Of a stretch of 64,000 bases of DNA, positions 19,584-29,172 are shown in pieces. Made by a program: the position numbers and the translations under genes. The stretch's first letter is position 1, and the number at the start of each line of letters is the position of its first letter. This DNA comes from Deltaproteobacteria bacterium (GTDB lineage: Bacteria; Myxococcota_A; Polyangia; Polyangiales; Houyiibacteriaceae). The notes beneath the pieces are model-generated. The model was given only the letters and a program-made list of their open reading frames with translations. It was not told the origin of the DNA and ran no database searches. Where the stretch lies: the NCBI GenBank assembly GCA_034670305.1, contig JAXMNT010000007.1, forward strand, positions 157,236-221,235, in the 5' to 3' direction.

Positions 19584-20472
19584 CCCCCTCGAACGAGTGG
19601 TCCTTGCGGTGGCGACGTTCCGGGCCGTCGACTCGGTCGTGGCGTTGCTGGAGCCGCTGGCCGAACTCCCGTTTGGCCAGATCGTGGTGGTCGACTCCCT
19701 TGCCGATGGTCGCCTCGAGGACTTGATCCGAAGGCGTGGGTGGCGGGTTCGTTACGAGAATGCGTCGACGAACCTCGGATCGGCTGGAAACTTGGCCCGC
19801 CGACTGCAGACCGCAGCCTCCACCAGTTGCCAGTTCGCGTTCGCCATCAATCACGACGGCACCGTCGGCCCCGAGACCATTCGGTCACTCGTACGCGTGG
19901 CCGACCAAGTTCCGCGACCGCTGGGTGCCATCTATCCACTTCGGCGCTATGTCCACCGCGGCGGGTCCCTCCGCTCCGCTTCTCAGGGCGGTGCGTTTCA
20001 CCGCAGCGGGGCGCAGCCGAGGACGAAGTTCACCCGAACCGCCTGGAGCAGCAGCAATGGCGCTCTGTACGCGCTGGCGCCGGTCCGCAAGGCCGTGCTT
20101 CCCGAAGCGCGCCTCTGGATGGGGTGGGAGGACCTTGGCTACGGCGCGGCGCTGGAGAGCGGGGGCTACGCCCAGTACGTGGCGAACCAGGTGGTGATGG
20201 ACGACCCGTACGAGTACGTCCTCAAACGCATCGGGCCCTGGCAGCGGTACATCACCCAGAAGCCCACCTGGTACCAGTACTACTCGGTTCGAAACCTCAT
20301 CCTGTTGGCCCAGAACGAGCCGCGCCTCCGCAAGGTCGCCTTTCAGAAGATCGCCGTGGAGTTGGGCATGGTCGCCTTGTTGCGGGACCAGAAGCTGGAG
20401 CGGCTCGGACTCGCAGCGCGAGGGCTGCTGGACGGAGCACTTCAGCGCAGCGGCAAGTGGGTCAAGCCCTGA
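19570..20472 (+). CDS. Glycosyltransferase family 2 (rhamnosyltransferase-like)
   Basis: IVVVDS, NLGSAG, INHDG, LWMGWEDLGY and YYSVRNLI. Confidence 0.8.
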   Translation: MPSSDPLERVVLAVATFRAVDSVVALLEPLAELPFGQIVVVDSLADGRLEDLIRRRGWRVRYENASTNLGSAGNLARRLQTAASTSCQFAFAINHDGTVGPETIRSLVRVADQVPRPLGAIYPLRRYVHRGGSLRSASQGGAFHRSGAQPRTKFTRTAWSSSNGALYALAPVRKAVLPEARLWMGWEDLGYGAALESGGYAQYVANQVVMDDPYEYVLKRIGPWQRYITQKPTWYQYYSVRNLILLAQNEPRLRKVAFQKIAVELGMVALLRDQKLERLGLAARGLLDGALQRSGKWVKP

Positions 20473-21565
20473 GCACGTCTTCGTAGACCGCGGCGACATC
20501 CGCGGCGTAGCGCGCTGCGGAAAAACGACTGGCCGCACGAAGCGCTCCTGCTCCACCGAGTCGTTCCCGCAAACTGGCATCTGCCAGCAGTCGCTTCATC
20601 GCGGCCGCGAGTTGGTCGACGGCGCCACAGGGCACATGGAGCCCCGTTTCTTCGTCGACGACCACATCGACCATGCCGCCTGTCGCCGTGCAGATGGTGG
20701 GCAGGGCGGCGAACATGGCTTCGACCAACACCAACCCGAACGACTCCCTCGCGGAGGTGAGCGCGAAGACGTCCATCGCGCCATAAAGGTTCGCGGTGTC
20801 GCGACGGTACCCGGTGAAGACCACCCGCTCGGACACTCCAAGCGTAGCAGCCAGTCGCGTCAGCATGGCCCGGTCGGGCCCTTCACCCACGAGCAGGAGC
20901 CGCGCCTCGGGTAGGGTGGGGGCGACCAGAGCGAATGCACGGATGAGGTCCGAAAAGCGCTTCACATGATCGTACATCCGGCCGACGGAACCAACGACCA
21001 CCGCGTCCTTCGCGAATCCGAGGGAGCGACGGACGGAAGCCCGATCTTCGGTGGTCGGAAGGTTGCGGACGCCGTTAAACAGCACCTGCCGCTTGCGGGC
21101 GGGTATGCGCATCCGACGAAGGTAGTCCCCAACCGCATTCGACACCCCAAGGCAGCGGTCCGCACGGGCAGCGCACAGCCGAAACAGCAGATTGGCTTTT
21201 GGCGAACGTCCGGTCGGAATGCCGATCTCTTCGATGATGAGCTTGGTCCGGGGATGGATACACGCCAGGAGGGCCGCTTGGGTCACCCCTTCGAACACCG
21301 CACCATGAAGGATGTGGGGACGAAACTCGCCGCATACCCGTCGAAGGCGCTGCGTGGAGCGGAGGTCCGTCGGGGCCCAGGATCCCCCCACCGCGACCAC
21401 ACGGGTGCCGCGATCCTCGAGTTCTCCGGCGAGCGGGCCCCGGGTGAAGATGCATGCAACCCGCTGCTCGATCGTGGGCAGGTGCTCCGCCAAGCTCAGG
21501 CGCCGCATCTCGACGCCGCCCGAGCTCACCCAGGGAATGCAGTGGAGAACCCGGATGGGTTCCAT
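20462..21565 (-). CDS. Glycosyltransferase family 4
   Basis: SGGVE, VGSVGR, LVGEGPDR and ESFGLVLVEAMFAALP (EX7E). Confidence 0.92.
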   Translation of the reverse strand: MEPIRVLHCIPWVSSGGVEMRRLSLAEHLPTIEQRVACIFTRGPLAGELEDRGTRVVAVGGSWAPTDLRSTQRLRRVCGEFRPHILHGAVFEGVTQAALLACIHPRTKLIIEEIGIPTGRSPKANLLFRLCAARADRCLGVSNAVGDYLRRMRIPARKRQVLFNGVRNLPTTEDRASVRRSLGFAKDAVVVGSVGRMYDHVKRFSDLIRAFALVAPTLPEARLLLVGEGPDRAMLTRLAATLGVSERVVFTGYRRDTANLYGAMDVFALTSARESFGLVLVEAMFAALPTICTATGGMVDVVVDEETGLHVPCGAVDQLAAAMKRLLADASLRERLGGAGALRAASRFSAARYAADVAAVYEDVLRA

Positions 21566-21573
21566 CGTTGGAG

Positions 21574-23721
21574 CTACGGCTTCACGTAGAAGATGTCCGG
21601 CCCATCCACCGCGGTGGCGCTGGCCCCGTCAATCGTGGCCATCCCTTCGTAGTAGCCTGTGTAGACAGCACCGCCCGAGTTGATCGCACATGCGGTCGCG
21701 TCGTCGGTGCCTGTCCCCCCGTCACGCGTCGCGGCGCTCATGACCCCCGACGTGCTGTACCGAACCGAGAATGCGTCCCGTCCACCGAAAGCGGGCGGGA
21801 ACCCAGTCACAGCTCCGGTCAGGCTGCCACACACGATGATCGAGCCTCCAGCCGCCGGGTTTGCGCTCAACCCGCGCGGAATGTCGTTGCCTGTGCCACC
21901 GAACGTACGTACCCATCGGAACGCGCCACCCGAGGAGAGTGCCAGCACGAATCCATCCGTTGCACCGGCGCTCGCGATGGGTCCGCTTCCGAAGTCGACG
22001 CTGACCTTGAACGACCCGGCCACGTACACCCGGTTGGACGAGTCGAGACCGATGCCGTTGCCGGTGTCTCCGTTGGTCCCACCGAACCGGAACGCCCAGG
22101 CCGGCGCGAGGGTGGTGCCGGACAGACGAGCGACGAAGATGTCTTCCTGCCCGGCACTCGTGAGCATCGTGCTCCCAACGGACATGGTGTCCACGAACGC
22201 GCCCGTGATGTACAGGTTGCTGCTGTTCGCGACGATGCCGTAGCCGGAGTCCTTCCCCGTTCCGCCGAAGGATCGGCTGGCGAGGTGGGCACCCGTCGTT
22301 CCGCTGTACCGAGCGACAAAGATGTCTCGGTTGCCGGCGCTGGTGAAACTCGACCCACCGAAGGAAACTGAGTTCTCAAACGTCCCCGTGACGACGACGT
22401 TGCCGTTGGGTCGGACTGCGATCCCGCGACCCGAGTCGATGCCGGTGCCACCAAACGCACGGGCCCAACGCAGGTTGCCGTTCGCTTCGAGGACCATGAC
22501 GAACATGTCCGGCCCGCCCGCGCCACCGATGGGTCCCGCCCCAAAGTCCACCGCGCTGTTGATGTTGCCCGTGACCGCGATTTCGCCGCTCGGTCCAATC
22601 GCGACCTGGACGTCGTTGTCACCGTCGTTGTTGGGGCCGCCGAAGTTCTGACTCCACAGGTGCGCACCCGCGGCGTCGAACTTGGCGATGAAGATGTCGG
22701 CCGCGTCCGCGTTGAGAGCACCGCCGCCGAAGTCGAGGTCTGCGTTGAACCGACCCACCAGCACCACGTTGCCTGCCGCATCACGGGCGACACCGTAGGC
22801 ACGGTCGCTGGAGGCGCCCCCGAACACGTTGGCCGCGGCCGGGCAGTCCGCGCAACTTCCGCCGCAGTCGACCCCGAGCTCGTCTCCATCCAGCGTCCCG
22901 CTCTCGCAGTGGGCCGGCAAACACATATCGATCCCCGCGCCGAAGCCAAAGGAGTCGCCGCTGTCCTCGATGCAGACTTGACCACTGACGCATCGGAAAT
23001 CGTCCCCGTCGCAGTCGCCATGGCCCTGCATACACAGGCAGGTCGTGGTGCAGTGACCGGGTTGACCGTTGGCGGGAACACCGGCGCAGTCCATCCCGCA
23101 GTTGGTTCCGCAGTCCGCCCCACCACAGTCGACCGAGGTCTCATCGGCATCCAATGTGCCGTTGTTGCAGTGTGGTGCCACACAGACGTCGTCGGTTGTG
23201 CCGAAGCCGAACTGGTCGCCGAGGTCCGCCCCGCATTCGAGCCCCGCTACGCATTCGTTGTCCCCATCGCAGTCCGCGTCACCCGCGGAGCACGGACAAG
23301 TTGGCGTGCAGTGGTTGCGCGACGGTGCCGCCGGGAGATCGTCACAAAGTCCTCCGCAGCTCGGACCACAATCGGCGCCGCCGCAGTCGATGGCGGTTTC
23401 GTCCATGTCTTGCGTTCCGTTGGCGCAGTGGGGAGGCACACAAACGTCGGTCTGGGCCGCGAACCCAAACTGAGCTCCGTTGTCGCGCGCGCAAACGAGT
23501 CCCACCTCACACTGGTCGTCCCGGTCACAATCACCCTCGCCGCTGGCACAAGGAAACGCCGGGTCGATGCAATAGTGGGAGTCTCCGTTCATGCCCCCAT
23601 TGCCCTTGACGCCAGCCTGGATCACGCCGCCGAATTCGTCGTCCCATTCTCCCTGCAGACAACCGGTGGCGAGCACCAGTACGGCGCACATGGAAGGAAG
23701 GAAAACTCTCAACGTTGACAT
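21574..23721 (-). CDS. Cys-rich repeat lipoprotein with C-terminal beta-propeller (SBBP-like) repeats
   Basis: Lipobox-like LATGC. Three ~75-aa repeats of HC...C..G.(G/A)DCD.D...C..G..C...FGF....D.C...HC..G..D.DE..(I/V)DCGG. Then repeats of DIF(I/V)A(K/R)...G...W...FGG. Confidence 0.8.
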   Translation of the reverse strand: MSTLRVFLPSMCAVLVLATGCLQGEWDDEFGGVIQAGVKGNGGMNGDSHYCIDPAFPCASGEGDCDRDDQCEVGLVCARDNGAQFGFAAQTDVCVPPHCANGTQDMDETAIDCGGADCGPSCGGLCDDLPAAPSRNHCTPTCPCSAGDADCDGDNECVAGLECGADLGDQFGFGTTDDVCVAPHCNNGTLDADETSVDCGGADCGTNCGMDCAGVPANGQPGHCTTTCLCMQGHGDCDGDDFRCVSGQVCIEDSGDSFGFGAGIDMCLPAHCESGTLDGDELGVDCGGSCADCPAAANVFGGASSDRAYGVARDAAGNVVLVGRFNADLDFGGGALNADAADIFIAKFDAAGAHLWSQNFGGPNNDGDNDVQVAIGPSGEIAVTGNINSAVDFGAGPIGGAGGPDMFVMVLEANGNLRWARAFGGTGIDSGRGIAVRPNGNVVVTGTFENSVSFGGSSFTSAGNRDIFVARYSGTTGAHLASRSFGGTGKDSGYGIVANSSNLYITGAFVDTMSVGSTMLTSAGQEDIFVARLSGTTLAPAWAFRFGGTNGDTGNGIGLDSSNRVYVAGSFKVSVDFGSGPIASAGATDGFVLALSSGGAFRWVRTFGGTGNDIPRGLSANPAAGGSIIVCGSLTGAVTGFPPAFGGRDAFSVRYSTSGVMSAATRDGGTGTDDATACAINSGGAVYTGYYEGMATIDGASATAVDGPDIFYVKP

Positions 23722-23862
23722 GGGTGTACTCCAGAGTGGCAAGACAACGATGGTGGTATGTCTTGCGGACGTGTGCAAGGGGTGCAGACTAGTTGCGGGA
23801 ACCGAGTGGACCGTTCACGGCAACCCTCTTTACTTCCAAATCCCATGATGTAGAGCAGGAGC

Positions 23863-24786
23863 ATGGCAAAGGTCCTGGTGACGGGGGGCGCTGGCTTCAT
23901 CGGCTCGCACTTGATCGAGAAACTGGTTGCGGGAGGCGATGAGGTTGTCGTCGTCGACAATCTGCTCTCGGGTCGCAGGGACAACCTCCCGGCGAACGTC
24001 CGGTTGATCGAGGCCGACGTTTGCGACGTGCTGGACCTTCGGGACCAGATCGGTGAGGTCGACCAGATTTTCCACCTCGCGGCCCTGATCAGCGGCCACG
24101 ACAGCCTCGGGGAGGCCGATGCGTACTGGCAGACCAACCTCACGGGGGTCCTGCGGCTGATTGATTTTACGGCCGGGTCGACCCGAAAGCCCAAGCTGAT
24201 CTTCGCGTCGAGCTCGACGGTTTACGGCAACCAGCCGCCCGGCCACATCACCGAGGCTGCACTGCCAGCCCCTACCACCACCTACGCCTTGACGAAGCTC
24301 GCGGCGGAGCATTCGCTTCGGATGTACGGGGAACTGTATGGAATCGAACATGTCGCCCTGCGGCTGTTCAATGTGTATGGCCCGCGCCAGAACCCGGATC
24401 ACCCGTACGCCAACGTGACCTGCAAGTTCGCCAGAGCCGGCGCGCAGGGACTGCCCATCAAGCTGTTCGGGGACGGACTCCAGTCGAGGGACTTCGTCTA
24501 CATCAGCGACGTGGTCGATGCTTTCCTGGCGGTGCGGGGCCCCTGCAAGCACCACCTGTACAACGTGGGAACCGGACACGTGACGACCATCCGCGAACTC
24601 ATCGACACGATCGAGTCGTTGACCAGCACGTCGTTTGAGATCGAACAGTGCCCGCCGTGGCCGAACGACATCCGCACGATTTCAGCCGACACCACTCGAA
24701 TTCGAGACGAGTTCGACCTGGCGACGCCCACGTCCATCGACGTCGGCCTCGGCGCGACGGTCGAGTACTTCGCCCAGTGTCGGTAG
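23863..24786 (+). CDS. NAD-dependent sugar epimerase/dehydratase (GalE/WbpP-like)
   Basis: VTGGAGFIGSH, FHLAA, ASSSTVYG, YALTK, LRLFNVYGPRQ and RDFVYISDVV. AGGAG RBS. Confidence 0.92.
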   Translation: MAKVLVTGGAGFIGSHLIEKLVAGGDEVVVVDNLLSGRRDNLPANVRLIEADVCDVLDLRDQIGEVDQIFHLAALISGHDSLGEADAYWQTNLTGVLRLIDFTAGSTRKPKLIFASSSTVYGNQPPGHITEAALPAPTTTYALTKLAAEHSLRMYGELYGIEHVALRLFNVYGPRQNPDHPYANVTCKFARAGAQGLPIKLFGDGLQSRDFVYISDVVDAFLAVRGPCKHHLYNVGTGHVTTIRELIDTIESLTSTSFEIEQCPPWPNDIRTISADTTRIRDEFDLATPTSIDVGLGATVEYFAQCR

Positions 24787-24787
24787 C

Positions 24788-25726
24788 TCAGTCGTGACAA
24801 CAGAGGACGCCGCCGCCTTGGCGCGGGTCCGTTTTGGTCACTTCTGCCGCCTCGTTGCTGTTGCCGGAACCCGTGCCACAGGCCCAACCTTGGTCCCGGA
24901 GATCACGGCAAGAACAGCAGGCGCGCGCGTTGAGTAGTCCGCACATCTCCTGGGGCATCGTGGAGGTCGCGATCATCCCACATCCAAAGATGTCGTCGTT
25001 CCCACCGTCGCAAACGCCGCGTCCAGCGCTGCTGGTTCGCTGGAGGTAAAACGTATTGGGACTGCTGGTCGCGGCGCCACAACCATCGGGAGCGAGGCTG
25101 CCGACTTCAGCGGGGCTCGCACAGACGTGCCAGTCCACGGCACAGAGGTCCTCGACATTGCACCCGGAACCATCGGCCTGCAGACCGTCGTTTCCCGCCT
25201 GGCGCCCACAGGCAGGGCCCCCGACGGCCAGACCGGGAATCGACCAGGCTCCGCTGCATGCTGCGATCCCGGGGTAGCGTTCCGTGTCGGCGAATCCTTC
25301 GCGCGAGCCATCGGCGCAGCCAGCCTCCGCGCAGTCGACCCCGTCGTCCACGCTCTCGTTGCAGTCGTTGTCCCGCCCGTCGCACACCTCGGGGTTGCCC
25401 GGAAACTGACTGGGATCGGTGTCGTCGCAGTCGTTGCACACCAGAGAACCATCGTCGTCGGAGTCTTCGTCCGGGACACCGCAGCCGCACACCATCGGTT
25501 CGATCTTCAACGCGTCGTCGGGACAACCGTCGAGACAGTCGACCACGAGGTCTCCGTCTCGGTCCCCAGTGCAACTGGCGTCCTCGTCGGGCACATCGGT
25601 CCCGACATCTGTGGACGGCGTGTCGGGGGATGCATCTCGGGAAGCGTCGTTCTCCACGTTGAGTCCGCTGCGGTCGATCGCGCACCCCAACGAAAGAGCC
25701 CCAACGAGCAAGAGGAGGCGGGTCAT
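24788..25726 (-). CDS. Cys-rich lipoprotein with Asp-rich Ca-binding-like and MopE-like metal-binding motifs
   Basis: Lipobox-like SLGC, DRDGDLVVDCLDGCPDD and DCDDTDPSQFPGNPEVCDGRDNDCNESVDDG. C-terminal Cys-rich domain ends GGVLCC. Confidence 0.75.
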   Translation of the reverse strand: MTRLLLLVGALSLGCAIDRSGLNVENDASRDASPDTPSTDVGTDVPDEDASCTGDRDGDLVVDCLDGCPDDALKIEPMVCGCGVPDEDSDDDGSLVCNDCDDTDPSQFPGNPEVCDGRDNDCNESVDDGVDCAEAGCADGSREGFADTERYPGIAACSGAWSIPGLAVGGPACGRQAGNDGLQADGSGCNVEDLCAVDWHVCASPAEVGSLAPDGCGAATSSPNTFYLQRTSSAGRGVCDGGNDDIFGCGMIATSTMPQEMCGLLNARACCSCRDLRDQGWACGTGSGNSNEAAEVTKTDPRQGGGVLCCHD

Positions 25727-25779
25727 GCCCCGTAGGCTAGTTCGAACACCTCATGACACCAAGCCTGATGGCGGCCGCG

Positions 25780-26712
25780 TCAGTTGCTGAGGCGGGTGCG
25801 GAAGTCTTGGATGGTGCGTCGGAGGCCGGCTTCTAGGTCGATGGTGGGGTCGAAGCCTAGGGCGGTTTGGGCGCGCGAGATGTCGGGGCGACGTTGTTTG
25901 GGGTCGTCGGCGGGGAGGGGTTTGAAGGTGAGTTCGGAGCCGGCTTGGGTCTCCGCGATGATCTGGGTGGCGAGCTCTCGAATGGTGAACTCGCCGGGGT
26001 TGCCGAGGTTCACGGGTCCGGCTTCGGTGGGGTGTTCCATCAGGAGCATCAGTCCCCGGACGAGGTCGTCGACGTAGCAGAAGGAGCGGGTCTGTTGGCC
26101 TTCGCCGTAGATGGTCAGCGCTTCGCCGCGCAGCGCTTGCACGATGAAGTTGCTGACGACGCGGCCGTCGTCGATGGCCATGCGCGGTCCGTAGGTGTTG
26201 AAGATGCGGGCGACGCGGATCTCCACACCGGCTTGGCGGTGGTAGTCGAAACACAGGGTCTCGGCGGAGCGTTTGCCTTCGTCGTAGCAAGCGCGGGGGC
26301 CGATGGGGTTGACGTTGCCCCAGTAGGACTCGGGCTGCGGATGCACGTGGGGGTCGCCGTACACTTCGCTGGTGCTGGCCTGCAGGATGCGCGCGCCGGT
26401 GTGCCGGGCGAGCTCGAGGCCGTGGATCATGCCCTGGACGTTGGTGCGGATCGTCTTGATGGGATCGCGCTGGTAGTGGACCGGGCTCGCGGGGCACGCG
26501 AGGTTGTAGATGCGATCGGCCGGCGCGAAGTAGGGGAGGGTGACGTCGTGCTCGAAGAGCTCGAAGAGGTCGTGGCCCTGGAGGTGTTCGACGTTGCCGC
26601 GATCTCCGGTGGAGAGGTCGTCGATGCACAGGACGCTGTGTCCCTGCGCGATGAGGCGTTCGCACAAGTGCGAGCCGACGAACCCTGCACCCCCCGTGAC
26701 GACGACGCGCAT
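25780..26712 (-). CDS. uxs: UDP-glucuronate decarboxylase (UDP-xylose synthase)
   Basis: [53 protein letters not shown] and [13 protein letters not shown]. Confidence 0.95.
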   Translation of the reverse strand: MRVVVTGGAGFVGSHLCERLIAQGHSVLCIDDLSTGDRGNVEHLQGHDLFELFEHDVTLPYFAPADRIYNLACPASPVHYQRDPIKTIRTNVQGMIHGLELARHTGARILQASTSEVYGDPHVHPQPESYWGNVNPIGPRACYDEGKRSAETLCFDYHRQAGVEIRVARIFNTYGPRMAIDDGRVVSNFIVQALRGEALTIYGEGQQTRSFCYVDDLVRGLMLLMEHPTEAGPVNLGNPGEFTIRELATQIIAETQAGSELTFKPLPADDPKQRRPDISRAQTALGFDPTIDLEAGLRRTIQDFRTRLSN

Positions 26713-28022
26713 CAGCTGCCTCGGACCCCGATGCCTTCGTACTCGAAGCCCTGGGCGCGCAGGCCGTACGAGGACCAGATGTTTCGGCCATCCATGAGCA
26801 GCGCACGGGTCATCTTGGCGCGGAGCCGGTCGAAGTCGGGGTTCTGGTACTCGCGCCACTCGGTGAGCAAGCAGAGCGCGTCGGCGCCATCGGCCGCGGC
26901 GTAGGCGTCGTCGACGAAGGTCACGCGGTCGCCGTAGCGGGACTCGCCGTTCTCCCGCGCTTCGGGGTCGTGGGCGACGACGGTGGCGCCGTCTGCGATG
27001 AGCGCGTCCATCAGGGTGAGCGAGGCGGAGTCGCGGATGTCGTCGGTCTTGGGTTTGAAGGCGACGCCCCACACAGCGATCTTCTTGCCGCGGAGGTCTC
27101 CGTCGAACTTCTCCCGGAGCTTGCGGAAGATGACGCCCTTCTGGCGGTCGTTGACGCGGTCGGTGGTGGCGGCGAGTTCGAGCTCGAGGCCGTGGTCGCG
27201 GCCGGTGTGGACCAAGGCTTTGACGTCCTTGGGGAAGCAGCTGCCGCCGTAGCCGGGTCCTGCGTAGAGGAACTTCGCGCCGATGCGATCGTCGCTGCCG
27301 ACGCCGTGGCGGACCGAGTGCACGTCCGCGCCGACCTTCTCACACAGGAGCGCGATCTCGTTCATGAACGAGATGCGCATGGCGAGCATGGTGTTGGAGA
27401 CGTACTTGGTGAGCTCGGCGCTGGCCGGGTCCATCCAGACGATGCGGTCCTTGTCGAGACACACCGGGTGGTAGAGGCGCGCCATGTGGGTGCGGGCGAA
27501 CTCGTCGTCCGCGTCACAGCCGAGGACGACGCGATCCGGGCGGAGGAAGTCGGCCACCGCCGCGCCTTCTTTGAGGAACTCCGGGTTGGAGACGACGTGG
27601 ATGCGGTGAGGTGCGTCTTCGACAAGGCGGCGGACCCGGGCGTTCGTTCCGACCGGCACGGTGCTCTTGAGCACCAACACCATTTCGCGTTTGCAGTGTT
27701 TGGCCACGGTCTCGGCCACGGCGTCGACGGCGCGCAGGTCGGCGCCGCCGTCTCCGCGAGGGGGGGTGCCGACGGCCACGAAAACCATGGTGGCGGCTTC
27801 GATGGCGGACTCGACGTCGCTCGTGAACTCGAGCCGGCCAGCGGCGACGTTCCGTTTCACGACGTCTTCCAGCCCGGGTTCGAAGATCGGGATCCGGCCG
27901 TCTTGCAGCGTCTTGATCTTCGCTTCGTTGACGTCGGCGCAGATCACGTCTTGCCCCGTTTCGGCGAAGCACGCGCCGCTCACGAGGCCGACGTATCCGG
28001 TTCCCACCATGCAGAGTTTCAT
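26712..28022 (-). CDS. ugd: UDP-glucose 6-dehydrogenase
   Basis: [35 protein letters not shown] and [17 protein letters not shown] coupling to uxs. Confidence 0.95.
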   Translation of the reverse strand: MKLCMVGTGYVGLVSGACFAETGQDVICADVNEAKIKTLQDGRIPIFEPGLEDVVKRNVAAGRLEFTSDVESAIEAATMVFVAVGTPPRGDGGADLRAVDAVAETVAKHCKREMVLVLKSTVPVGTNARVRRLVEDAPHRIHVVSNPEFLKEGAAVADFLRPDRVVLGCDADDEFARTHMARLYHPVCLDKDRIVWMDPASAELTKYVSNTMLAMRISFMNEIALLCEKVGADVHSVRHGVGSDDRIGAKFLYAGPGYGGSCFPKDVKALVHTGRDHGLELELAATTDRVNDRQKGVIFRKLREKFDGDLRGKKIAVWGVAFKPKTDDIRDSASLTLMDALIADGATVVAHDPEARENGESRYGDRVTFVDDAYAAADGADALCLLTEWREYQNPDFDRLRAKMTRALLMDGRNIWSSYGLRAQGFEYEGIGVRGS

Positions 28023-28091
28023 GTCGCGCACGGAGTAGCGCCCGCAGCCAAAGAGTTCAATGCAACGCCGTTGCACGGGTATGGTCCCGGC

Positions 28092-28982
28092 ATGCGAGGG
28101 ATGGTGCTTGGGGCGGGGCTTGGGACGCGGCTTCGGCCTTTGACGTTGGAGCGGCCCAAGCCGGGGGTTCCGTTTGGGCTCGCGCCTTTGGCTCAGGTGG
28201 CGGTGGGGGCGCTGGCTCGGGCGGGGGTGCGCTCGGTGGTGATCAATACGCACCATCTGGGGGACCGGTTGCCGGGGCTGATGGCGCCGCATCGGCCGGA
28301 GGGGGTGTCTCTTTCGTTTGTGGACGAGGCGACGTTGCTCGGGACGGGGGGTGGGATTCGGAACGCGCTCTCAGGGGCTTCGGAGACCTGTGTGGTGATG
28401 AATGGGGACATTGCGTTCGACCCGGACTTGGCGCGGGCGATCGCGCTGCACGAGCGACTCGGGGCGTTCGCGACGATGGTGGTCCGGGAGGATCCTGCGG
28501 CGGTGCGGCTCGGGGCGATCGGGGTGGATGCCGAAGGACGGGTGCGGACGATTCTCGGCGACCCACACCGGACCGACCCGGCGCTCTCGGTTCGGATGTT
28601 CACGGGGGTGCATGTGCTGAGCCCGGCGGCGGTGGCGGACTTGCCCGAGCAGGGATGTGTGATCCGGCAGGGCTACGAGCTGTGGTTGGCTCGGGGAGAG
28701 GTGCTGGGCGGGGTGACCGAAGCGAACCCGTGGCAAGACCTCGGGACGCTGGAGCGGTACTTGGCGGCGAATCTGGCGCTGGCGGACGCGGCGGACGGCG
28801 GCTCGCTGGTGCACGCGAGCGCGCGCTGCGACGCGGCGGTGACGCGGTCGGTGGTGGGGGAGGGCGCGGTGGTCGAGGCGCCGGTGACCGAGTGTGTGGT
28901 CTGGCCGGGGTCCGTGGTGACCGAGCCACAGGCCCACGCGATTGTGACGCCGACTCAGGTGGTTCCGGTCCCGCGTGCCTAA
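28092..28982 (+). CDS. Sugar-phosphate nucleotidyltransferase (mannose-1-P guanylyltransferase/MurU-like)
   Basis: GMVLGAGLGTRLRPLTLERPKP, INTHHL, LLGTGGG, VMNGD and WQDLGT. Confidence 0.88.
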   Translation: MRGMVLGAGLGTRLRPLTLERPKPGVPFGLAPLAQVAVGALARAGVRSVVINTHHLGDRLPGLMAPHRPEGVSLSFVDEATLLGTGGGIRNALSGASETCVVMNGDIAFDPDLARAIALHERLGAFATMVVREDPAAVRLGAIGVDAEGRVRTILGDPHRTDPALSVRMFTGVHVLSPAAVADLPEQGCVIRQGYELWLARGEVLGGVTEANPWQDLGTLERYLAANLALADAADGGSLVHASARCDAAVTRSVVGEGAVVEAPVTECVVWPGSVVTEPQAHAIVTPTQVVPVPRA

Positions 28983-29008
28983 AGGGACGGGGTGAAGCAA
29001 ACCAGCGC

Positions 29009-29038
29009 TTGACTCCAAACGTGACGGATCGGTAAGGT
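29009..29038 (+). promoter_or_regulatory. Candidate sigma-70-type promoter for the PP2C phosphatase gene
   Basis: TTGACT (29009-29014), 18-nt spacer and TAAGGT (29033-29038), in a 190-bp intergenic gap. Confidence 0.45.
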
Positions 29039-29172
29039 TTCCGCGAGGTTCGACGCTTTCAGCGACAACCAGGCCAAATGCAGTCACGACGAGCACACAC
29101 GCCCCCCTTCTCGCATTCGGCCCACCCTCGTGGCCTTGGCCACAGCGTCCATGACGCGGAGGTTCCGTTTCA

